59,776 bases of DNA from Minisyncoccota bacterium (GTDB taxonomy: Bacteria > Patescibacteriota > Minisyncoccia > UBA6257 > HR35), in assembly GCA_937934285.1 (NCBI GenBank), contig CALHAT010000026.1, forward strand, positions 1-59,776, written 5' to 3'. A program made the position numbers and the translations under genes. Shown piece after piece: positions 9,119 through 16,029 of this stretch. Each line of letters begins with the position of its first letter. Position 1 is the first letter of the stretch. The notes beneath the pieces were generated by a model, which saw only the letters and a list, made by a program, of their open reading frames with translations, was not told the DNA's origin and did not search any database.

Positions 9119-10335
9119 AATCTACAAGGGGCATCATTTTTACCTAAAACTTGAATAGTTTTTTCATAGAGAGGATGATTTCGCCAATCTCTTTGAGTTT
9201 GCACACAGAAACCCAAACGGCAATAATAATCATAAACCTTTAAAGAAAATTGCCGACAGTTATTACTGGGATTGACATCTGTTATTGGATTATTATTATT
9301 ATTAACTAAACAAGCAGTAACTGAATAATTATAAGCATTTTGAAATATATATTCCTCTTTAACTTCCTTAGGATAAGAAGAATTAAATTGTGATTCAATG
9401 CTTTTTGTTTCATAAGGTGAAGCTGAAATATCTTCGGGCTTTATAAATATTCGTAGCTTAGAAGAAGGACAATTGCCAAAATTACATTCTCCTTTAGCAG
9501 AAAACTCAACAGGTCGATTTCTTTGAGTTTCTGGACATTGAAGAATTGTTTTACCTTCTATTTGATTAATATTCATATAATCAGTAGCTGCTGTAGTTGA
9601 AGGTGGATATTGATAATTTGGGTTTCTTGAAAGATAATCTGAAATATAAGAAATGTCTGGAGTATTGTTTTTGCAAATAAAAGAACGAATATCAAGTTTT
9701 GTTACGGCAACATCAAAACAATTATTTGGATCTGGTAAACAGGTATTTTCTTGGTAAGTTGAACAGTCTTGTCTTATACAAGTTCGTACTGCTGGTCTAT
9801 GAGTAGGAGGACAACCACCTGTTCCACAATTACCTGTAATTGACCAATTACCACAAGATGGATTACAAGTTGGAGGTGGAGGAGGTGGTGGAGGAGGTGG
9901 TGGCGTGGAAGTTGGCGTGGAAGTTGGTGGAGAAGATCCTCCTGTTACAGTTATACTTCGGGAAGAACATTCATAGGTGAAGGATTCTCCAGCAACCCTA
10001 CACACAACAGTAGCTCGATAAGGTCCATAATTTCCTGGATTTTGATAAGTATAATTACAAGAAAAATTATTAAAAGTGCAGGGTCCGTTCCAGGATACGC
10101 TACAATTTGAAGAATTTGGAGAAACATTAAAGGTAACGGTTAATGGTGCTGATCCACTTGTCGGTGAAGCTGAGAGAGAGCATGACTGTTCACAAGCAGG
10201 TAAGAAAATTCCTTTTTCAAAAGTGAGTGGTTTGCCTAACAAATCAAAAAAAGGTCTGAAAATAAAAGCTTCGGTTATTAAAGGCAGGATTAGTAATAAA
10301 GAGGTTATAATAAAAATAAAATTATTATTTTTCAT
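9079..10335 (-). CDS. Secreted PKD-domain protein with a poly-proline linker and a Cys-rich C-terminal region
   Basis: Signal peptide. PKD-like segment SASPTSGSAPLTVTFNVS...YTYQNPGNYGPYRATV. A run of 11 Pro follows a TSTP x2 repeat. Many Cys lie downstream. GC is locally much higher than in the flanks. Confidence 0.7.
   Translation of the reverse strand: MKNNNFIFIITSLLLILPLITEAFIFRPFFDLLGKPLTFEKGIFLPACEQSCSLSASPTSGSAPLTVTFNVSPNSSNCSVSWNGPCTFNNFSCNYTYQNPGNYGPYRATVVCRVAGESFTYECSSRSITVTGGSSPPTSTPTSTPPPPPPPPPPPTCNPSCGNWSITGNCGTGGCPPTHRPAVRTCIRQDCSTYQENTCLPDPNNCFDVAVTKLDIRSFICKNNTPDISYISDYLSRNPNYQYPPSTTAATDYMNINQIEGKTILQCPETQRNRPVEFSAKGECNFGNCPSSKLRIFIKPEDISASPYETKSIESQFNSSYPKEVKEEYIFQNAYNYSVTACLVNNNNNPITDVNPSNNCRQFSLKVYDYYCRLGFCVQTQRDWRNHPLYEKTIQVLGKNDAPCRFWRNQICRARFGF
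9871..9927 (-). repeat. Low-complexity coding repeat: (CCN)11 poly-Pro tract plus a 12-bp x2 direct repeat
   Basis: On the plus strand, tggaggtggaggaggtggtggaggaggtggtgg (9871-9903) is followed by cgtggaagttgg x2 (9904-9927), which encodes TSTP-TSTP. Confidence 0.9.
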
Positions 10336-11218
10336 TTTTATTTATTATACTATAAATTTCTGCAATTTTTAAATTAAGGGATTCTCTGTCAAGTCCTTCA
10401 GCAATTTTAAGATAGCTTAAACCACTGATAATTTCTTTAGTTTTATTATAAAATTCTAAGGCTTTTTGCCATTCACCGTTTTTTTCATAAGCCAAAGCTA
10501 AATTAAAAGCAATGCCGGCTTTAATGTTTTCTATCATTTGTAAGGCTAATTTAGGATCATTATTAGGATAAGCTTGTAAGTAATCATTAACAGTTAAGTT
10601 TTGAGATTTTACAAAAGCTTTTTCTAATTCTTGAATAGCTAAATCATATCTACCTTGATTTAAATGAATAACTCCTAAACCATTTAAGCTCCAAATACTT
10701 TCCGGTTTTTTTTGATTCACAACTCTCATTATCTCTTCAGCTTTATCAAGCTTGCCCTGAGAAAATAAAATCCAAGCAAGATTTAAATAACCTGCCCAGC
10801 TATCTGTTAAAGATATTTCTTGACGAAAATCTTTTTCAGCTTTATCCCATTGCCGAAGATAGCCATAAATAATTCCTCTTTCATGATAAGCATAGGGATG
10901 ATTGGTAAGCTCTATTTCTTTAGTAAAGTAATTTAAAGCCTCATTTAAGGAAACAAAGCTTTGATTGAAAAAGAAAAATTTTCCTAATTCTAAATTAATG
11001 CCCGGATAGCGAGGATTTAATTTATAAATTTTTTTAAAATATTTAAAAGCCTCTTCATAATCACCTTCAGCTTTTAATCTCAGAGCGATTTCAAATAGAT
11101 TTTTAATGGATATTTGGTTTGATTTTAGTTTAATTAATTTATCTGTTAAAAAAAATATACTCAGACTTAAAAAAATTACCACCAGTAAATAATACTTTTT
11201 ATTATCCTGATGATTCAT
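10325..11218 (-). CDS. Membrane-anchored TPR-repeat protein
   Basis: N-terminal TM helix, then repeated TPR-like 34-mers (AEGDYEEAFKYFKKIYKLNP, QGKLDKAEEIM, QGRYDLAIQELEKA, NGEWQKALEFYNK). Confidence 0.75.
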   Translation of the reverse strand: MNHQDNKKYYLLVVIFLSLSIFFLTDKLIKLKSNQISIKNLFEIALRLKAEGDYEEAFKYFKKIYKLNPRYPGINLELGKFFFFNQSFVSLNEALNYFTKEIELTNHPYAYHERGIIYGYLRQWDKAEKDFRQEISLTDSWAGYLNLAWILFSQGKLDKAEEIMRVVNQKKPESIWSLNGLGVIHLNQGRYDLAIQELEKAFVKSQNLTVNDYLQAYPNNDPKLALQMIENIKAGIAFNLALAYEKNGEWQKALEFYNKTKEIISGLSYLKIAEGLDRESLNLKIAEIYSIINKNEK

Positions 11219-12346
11219 CTATTTTGATAATTCGTTTAAGACTTTTTCTAAATATCTTCGGTGGCTGGGTATAAGTAAATTTTTAGAGGCAAGTGCTTTA
11301 TTGTAATAATTTAGAGCTTCTTTTTTATCACCTTTAATTCTATAAATATCACCAATAACAATCCAGGCCGGAACTAACTCATTACTGCCGGGCCATTGAT
11401 ATTGCCAACCAGAAAAATTTTCTTTTAAATTACTATTATTTTCTATAATTTTGGGTATTAGGCTTTCAGCTTTAGCAAGTTGTCCTGCTTGAAGATATCG
11501 TTCGGCTGCTTCGCCATAAACTAAAACACGAAACCATCGAGGAAAATATTGGAAATTGTTCTCTTCAGATAATAAATTATCAAAAATTTCAACAATTTCA
11601 TTTAAATTATTGGGGACAGTGAATAAAGAAACATCTAATTTTTTTTCTTGAAGTAATAAATAATAAATATTTATTTTCTTCTGGTCCATAGCTGGAATTC
11701 GCTGAGGATAACTATAATTCTGACTAAAAAGTTTTAATCTTTCTTTATAATCCCGGGGTCTTATAATTAAAAAGTACCGTTGTGTCGCTTGCCATAATTG
11801 GTCAAATTCCCCATAATCTAATTCATAATTATTACCCAAAATAAAATCGTGGGCAATAACTTTTTTTCTTTTGTCATCTAAGCCAATAATCAATCGGTAT
11901 TCTAACCAATTTCCAGGATAATCTAAGCTTGTTTTTTGCAAAACAATAACCGGCGTTCTTTCTTGAGGATTAATAAACTTATATAAATCTTGGATACTAT
12001 TTGCTTGTAAAACTTGAGCATCAAATCCTGTTTGAAAAAGAGCAAAATGAGCCAGACTGTACATTGAAATTGCTCTAAGACCAATATTTTGAGGATAAGT
12101 TTTTAAAGAATTCTTTTCCTGATTCCAATAATCATAAACCATATCTAAAACAGCTTTAGCTGAGGTTCTAATTGGTCTACCATTATACAGATCAGCAGCA
12201 TTAAAACCAACATTATAAAAAGTATAATCCGGAACATTAGGAATAATATAAGAAGTTGTTCCTTTAAAATAAAACTTATAGGAAAGAAAACCAACTAATA
12301 GGATCCCAGCTAAGGTTGTTACAATTATTATAATTAACCTATTCAT
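11219..12346 (-). CDS. Membrane-anchored hypothetical protein: N-terminal domain reminiscent of a C39-like peptidase fold (no Cys in the whole protein), with a C-terminal TPR-like region
   Basis: TM anchor MNRLIIIIVTTLAGILLVGF. The layout ...TPVIVLQK...EYRLIIGLDDKRKKVIAHDF...YGEFDQLW resembles C39_2-type domains. The C-terminal part has TPR-like helices (GDKKEALNYYNKAL). I found zero cysteines on inspection. Confidence 0.55.
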   Translation of the reverse strand: MNRLIIIIVTTLAGILLVGFLSYKFYFKGTTSYIIPNVPDYTFYNVGFNAADLYNGRPIRTSAKAVLDMVYDYWNQEKNSLKTYPQNIGLRAISMYSLAHFALFQTGFDAQVLQANSIQDLYKFINPQERTPVIVLQKTSLDYPGNWLEYRLIIGLDDKRKKVIAHDFILGNNYELDYGEFDQLWQATQRYFLIIRPRDYKERLKLFSQNYSYPQRIPAMDQKKINIYYLLLQEKKLDVSLFTVPNNLNEIVEIFDNLLSEENNFQYFPRWFRVLVYGEAAERYLQAGQLAKAESLIPKIIENNSNLKENFSGWQYQWPGSNELVPAWIVIGDIYRIKGDKKEALNYYNKALASKNLLIPSHRRYLEKVLNELSK

Positions 12347-12367
12347 ATTAATTGTTGTATTTATTAA

Positions 12368-12847
12368 TTAAAGATTGGTACAACATGGGTAGGGGGGGTC
12401 CTCTGGACCACCTGAATCATCACACCCTCCGCAACATGATGGACTACTTCCTCCGCATGAATCAAAACAACCTTCACAACCTTCGGAACCTTCGGAACCT
12501 TCACAACCTTCGGAACCTTCGGAACCTTCGGAACCGCTCCCACCTTCGGAAGATGGGCCACTACATTCAACAAGAGCAGCATAAAGATCACCTTGATTAC
12601 CTCCTAAAGCTAACAAATTTTTATTTATTTTTTTAAAACCACATCCACCTCCACTACTTCCGCCTTCGACATGATCTGCCGAGGCTATATTCCAAGATTG
12701 ATATCTTTCTATAGAATAGTGGTTTTTTTTCTTTAGATAATTTAAAAAATTGTTAAATGGAGCTAACAGAAAAAACAAAATTAGAACAAATAGAATTTTT
12801 AAAAAATTTCCTATTTTTAAAGATGTATTAATAGCTTTTTTCACCAT
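12368..12847 (-). CDS. Candidate YcaO substrate or RiPP-like precursor: N-terminal basic plus hydrophobic segment and an acidic Cys/Ser/Gly-rich repeat tail
   Basis: It is the longest of three overlapping ORFs and the only one with a promoter. The last 66 aa (ECSGPSSEGGSGSEGSEGSEGCEGSEGSEGCEGCFDSCGGSSPSCCGGCDDSGGPEDPPYPCCTNL) hold 10 Cys, 14 Ser, 1 Thr, 17 Gly and 14 Asp/Glu, with no basic residue. It lies directly downstream of the ycaO and dehydrogenase genes. Confidence 0.6.
   Translation of the reverse strand: MVKKAINTSLKIGNFLKILFVLILFFLLAPFNNFLNYLKKKNHYSIERYQSWNIASADHVEGGSSGGGCGFKKINKNLLALGGNQGDLYAALVECSGPSSEGGSGSEGSEGSEGCEGSEGSEGCEGCFDSCGGSSPSCCGGCDDSGGPEDPPYPCCTNL
12469..12549 (-). 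repeat. 9-bp in-frame tandem repeat (7 near-perfect plus 2 degenerate units) encoding (G-S/C-E)n
   Basis: The plus-strand unit is aaccttc[a/g][c/g], tiled head to tail from 12469. Units 1-3 are identical to units 4-6, giving a 27-bp higher-order repeat. Confidence 0.9.
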
Positions 12848-12859
12848 CTTAATAAACTA

Positions 12860-12887
12860 ATTTTAACAAATTTTTTTATTTTGTCAA
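12860..12887 (-). promoter_or_regulatory. Sigma-70-type promoter for the Cys-rich ORF (TTGACA-N16-TAAAAT with a TGn extended -10)
   Basis: The minus strand reads TTGACAaaataaaaaaatttgtTAAAAT inside the 59-bp gap between the dehydrogenase stop and the ATG at 12847. The -10 lies only about 13 nt from the ATG, so the leader would be very short. Confidence 0.55.
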
Positions 12888-12906
12888 CAAAAGTTTTCCA
12901 CAGGCT

Positions 12907-13626
12907 TTATTTACCTATTAATAAAGTATAAACTAAGGATTCTTCAAAACCGTCAATATCTAATAGTTTTTTTTCTATCTCGTCATCATTGGTGCCAGCT
13001 AAAGCGCAGCATTTCAGTCCCAAAGCTGTAGTTAATAAATAAATATTTTGTCCGATATGGCCCGCTTCTTGCAAAATAAATCTATAACCCCTTTGACCAT
13101 ATTTGTTTAAAGTTCGCCAAAAAACACCAGTTAAAAAAATAATCAGTGATGAATCCTGGGCAAATTCATAAAAAAAATATTTTTTAAATTCTTCCTTATC
13201 AATTCCGGGATTAAATAAAAATTCAAGCTGATGATTTTTAACATCATAATGAAAGATACCCTTTTCTAACCCAGAACCTGGTTGGAGAATTAAACAATAA
13301 GTTTCAATGGGATATCTACCGCCACCTGAGGGTATAGCTCTTTTACCATTTTCTTGCAAACCACAAGAATACTTTAAAAGTAAAGACAATTCTTCTAAGC
13401 TGATTGGTTTTTGCGTAAATTCTCTTTGAGTCTCTCTTTTTTTTATAGCTTCAAACAAATTAAATTCTTTAAAATTGTCAATCAATTTGATTTTCTTAGC
13501 TCGTGGATATGATTTATAATAAATAGTTTTCCATTCCTCGGGCCATAAAGTTGAATCCTTGGGAATCTTTTTATAAAATTTTTTTGTATATTGATGAAAT
13601 ATATGAGCTAAAGGTATTTCTTTCAT
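12907..13626 (-). CDS. SagB-type (nitroreductase-fold, FMN) dehydrogenase
   Basis: RETQREF, PSGGGRYPIETY, GIFHYD, RTLNKYGQRGYRFILQEAGHIGQNIYL and ALGLKCCALAG match the SagB-type dehydrogenase domain pattern. The start overlaps the ycaO stop (ATGA). Confidence 0.8.
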   Translation of the reverse strand: MKEIPLAHIFHQYTKKFYKKIPKDSTLWPEEWKTIYYKSYPRAKKIKLIDNFKEFNLFEAIKKRETQREFTQKPISLEELSLLLKYSCGLQENGKRAIPSGGGRYPIETYCLILQPGSGLEKGIFHYDVKNHQLEFLFNPGIDKEEFKKYFFYEFAQDSSLIIFLTGVFWRTLNKYGQRGYRFILQEAGHIGQNIYLLTTALGLKCCALAGTNDDEIEKKLLDIDGFEESLVYTLLIGK

Positions 13627-15089
13627 GGAAAAAGATGAGGCAAGGAATTAATTTCTTGACGAATTAATCTTGGGCTTTTTTTTATTATGTCGCTCTCCCA
13701 GAGATAAAGAGGTAACAAGTTGGGAATTATTGCTTTAGCTGAATAATAACCTATTTTTTTTAAAACAGGATTATTTGACAAAAAGTAATAAACTTCATAA
13801 CCAGGTCCCAGACTTTCTATTTTTTTAACGACAAAGTTTAGCTCCTCTTTTAAAGAATTAAAAATTTTAAAACCGTCTTTATAAAGCTCATAAAAGCTTA
13901 ATTGGGGAGAATTGATAAAAAAATCCAGTTTACCTTTCATTTCTGAATTAGCCCATAAACGTAAACGATAATCTTGATTAACCCGAGAATCATAATAAGG
14001 AATAAGATTTGCTTCTTTAAAGGATGGAAAAGGTTGACGATAACTTATCCAATAAACCACGCTCCAAGCTTCAACAAAAGCCCTTTTTATAGCTTTTAAG
14101 GGATGGAGATTGCAACCTGCTCCCAAGCTATAACAGACTCCATTTTCTGAGGGATCATGAATTATTACTGAAAAAGAAGGTATTGCTAAATCAGTCGTAC
14201 AATCTAAAACATAAACTTCCAATCCATATTTAGTAGTTGTTTCGTAAAGAAATTGGAATTCTTGGTCAGGAACGGTTTGGGGGTCTATTCTTTTCGGAGT
14301 TATTTTATTAAGCCAGTGATAAAGAAAAGAATCTCTTTGAACTAATTCATAAACAGCGTATAAAATAGCTCCCTCCTGACTCCAATAACCGGCACAACCA
14401 TTAGTATTAGATTCAATAAGATGCGGCTCATCTTCAGCGCGTTTGTAATTCCAATAAACATATTGAGCAGGAATATAAAAGGTTTCATTAGTGCTCCATC
14501 TTTTCACTCTCTCCCAGTAAAATTTACTGTTTTTATCAAAATAGCGATCAGGAAAAATTCTTTTTTGCTCATCATCAAAACCGCTAATATTTTCTGGATT
14601 TATAACCTTAAATTTTCTTTGTAAATTTTTTAAAGAATCATAAATTAAATCTTTTCGAAAATAAATAGTTAGTGGAAATCTTTCTAAAAACTCATAAATC
14701 GCTTGATTAATGGTTTGTTCTAAATTTAACCCAAAGCCAGAAGCATAACCTCTTCGAGGTATATTACCGTCAGTTAGAACATAATCATAACTGGCTTTAA
14801 GTGAAAATCGATAAAAAAATGGCAAACCGTTTATTTTCTCATTGTGAGCAAAAAAGTTTTTTATAATTTTTTCTTTTAAAAGAGCTAAGAAAATTTTATT
14901 ATTATTTAACACTTCTAAATAATCATTGTCTCTTTCGTAAATTACAAGACCATCAATTCCGGTATTACCTTCTATTATCGTATAAACATTAGAAAATAAT
15001 TTATTTTGATATTTTAAAACTTCTTTAAAATTAACCAACTCAGCAACTGGTTTTGTCCGATAGCGACTTGTCCACAGAATTTTTTCCAT
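13623..15089 (-). CDS. ycaO: YcaO-domain protein (ATP-dependent backbone amide activation, cyclodehydratase-type)
   Basis: GYASGFGLNLEQTINQAIYEFLERF, ESNTNGCAGY, AVYELVQRDSF, LAIPSFSVII and a Pro-containing extreme C-terminus (SLPHLFP) match YcaO hallmarks. No fused E1-like domain is present. Confidence 0.85.
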   Translation of the reverse strand: MEKILWTSRYRTKPVAELVNFKEVLKYQNKLFSNVYTIIEGNTGIDGLVIYERDNDYLEVLNNNKIFLALLKEKIIKNFFAHNEKINGLPFFYRFSLKASYDYVLTDGNIPRRGYASGFGLNLEQTINQAIYEFLERFPLTIYFRKDLIYDSLKNLQRKFKVINPENISGFDDEQKRIFPDRYFDKNSKFYWERVKRWSTNETFYIPAQYVYWNYKRAEDEPHLIESNTNGCAGYWSQEGAILYAVYELVQRDSFLYHWLNKITPKRIDPQTVPDQEFQFLYETTTKYGLEVYVLDCTTDLAIPSFSVIIHDPSENGVCYSLGAGCNLHPLKAIKRAFVEAWSVVYWISYRQPFPSFKEANLIPYYDSRVNQDYRLRLWANSEMKGKLDFFINSPQLSFYELYKDGFKIFNSLKEELNFVVKKIESLGPGYEVYYFLSNNPVLKKIGYYSAKAIIPNLLPLYLWESDIIKKSPRLIRQEINSLPHLFP

Positions 15090-15097
15090 TTTTTAAT

Positions 15098-16027
15098 TTA
15101 CAATTTTAAAATCGCTTTAGCATTATTATAATAAATTTTTTTTAAAACATCCACTGGCAAAGCTAAACCTTCATAATATTCTTTAGAAGCAAAAAGGATA
15201 TCTTGATAATATTCTTTTTGCAAAATGGACAAGTCTAAAATAATTCTTTTAACAAACCATAAAAAATTTTTTTGCGGATCATCATCAATAACAATATCTG
15301 CAGCCCATAAAATTTTATCCTGAAACTTTATTAAAAAATTTCTGAACATATCTTTATTAAATTCAACAATGGTCATATATTTCTTAATTCCATAACCCGA
15401 AGAAATATCTATAAAAACATTAGAATATTTACTTAAAAGATATTCGCAAAGACTCAAACTTACTTTTTCGTCTAAGATACAAGAAGCATAATGAGCTAAA
15501 ATAAAATTTACTGTTGAGAATTTTTTAGCGATTTCCTCAAATTGATTTAAAAATTTATTATTTTTATGAAAATCAATATGCAAAAGAACGGGTACTTGAT
15601 ATTTATTAGCGACTTCATAAACTTTATACATATTTTCACTATTAATATCAGCAATAAAATTTTTAGTTTTTTCCGAATAAAACCAATCAATAAACTTAAT
15701 TCCTTGAGCACCATTTTTTATAGTTTCTTCTATGAATTCAGCTGCTGTCGTATCACCAGAATAACAGGTAGTAAAAATTATTATTCTTTCCCCAAATTTC
15801 TTCTTAAAATCAAAAAGACGGTAAAGGTGGTTTTTAAAAATAGGGTTATAAGGAGGCCAGTCAGTTGGTAAAAAAACAGCTTTTTCAATATTAAGAATCC
15901 TCATTGCCCAAATAAAAGATTCAATATTTCCTCCTGATCGATAATGCTCGTGAATAGAGATTTTTTTAAAATTTAAAAAATCAGTATCTAAAAATACTTT
16001 TCCCAAAACATTTAAAAAATCTTTCAT
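15098..16027 (-). CDS. Metal-dependent TIM-barrel amidohydrolase (amidohydrolase_2-like)
   Basis: N-terminal SIHEHY (HxH), mid-protein VLLHIDFH and FILAHYA, C-terminal LWAADIV and a terminal YYNNAKAILKL typical of this family. It sits 2 nt after the pilC stop and 8 nt before ycaO. Confidence 0.68.
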   Translation of the reverse strand: MKDFLNVLGKVFLDTDFLNFKKISIHEHYRSGGNIESFIWAMRILNIEKAVFLPTDWPPYNPIFKNHLYRLFDFKKKFGERIIIFTTCYSGDTTAAEFIEETIKNGAQGIKFIDWFYSEKTKNFIADINSENMYKVYEVANKYQVPVLLHIDFHKNNKFLNQFEEIAKKFSTVNFILAHYASCILDEKVSLSLCEYLLSKYSNVFIDISSGYGIKKYMTIVEFNKDMFRNFLIKFQDKILWAADIVIDDDPQKNFLWFVKRIILDLSILQKEYYQDILFASKEYYEGLALPVDVLKKIYYNNAKAILKL

Positions 16028-16029
16028 TT

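Noticed and set aside
12469-12549. Possible CRISPR array or minisatellite
   Set aside because: The units are 9 bp, contiguous with no spacers, and lie in frame inside a CDS. This is a coding tandem repeat, not a CRISPR array.
12352-12636. Plus-strand 94-aa ORF (NLRNLHNLRNLRN...) and minus-strand 75-aa ORF (12364-12591, PKVPKVPKV...) overlapping the Cys-rich ORF
   Set aside because: Both are alternative-frame readings of the 9-bp tandem repeat. They have no promoter or operon context. The 159-aa frame is longer, has a consensus promoter and fits the minus-strand operon.
13623-13626. Alternative genetic code (UGA read as Gly or Trp, as in some CPR/SR1/Gracilibacteria lineages)
   Set aside because: TGA terminates ycaO exactly after its conserved Pro-containing C-terminus, in an ATGA overlap with the next gene. 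All conserved housekeeping genes are full length under code 11.
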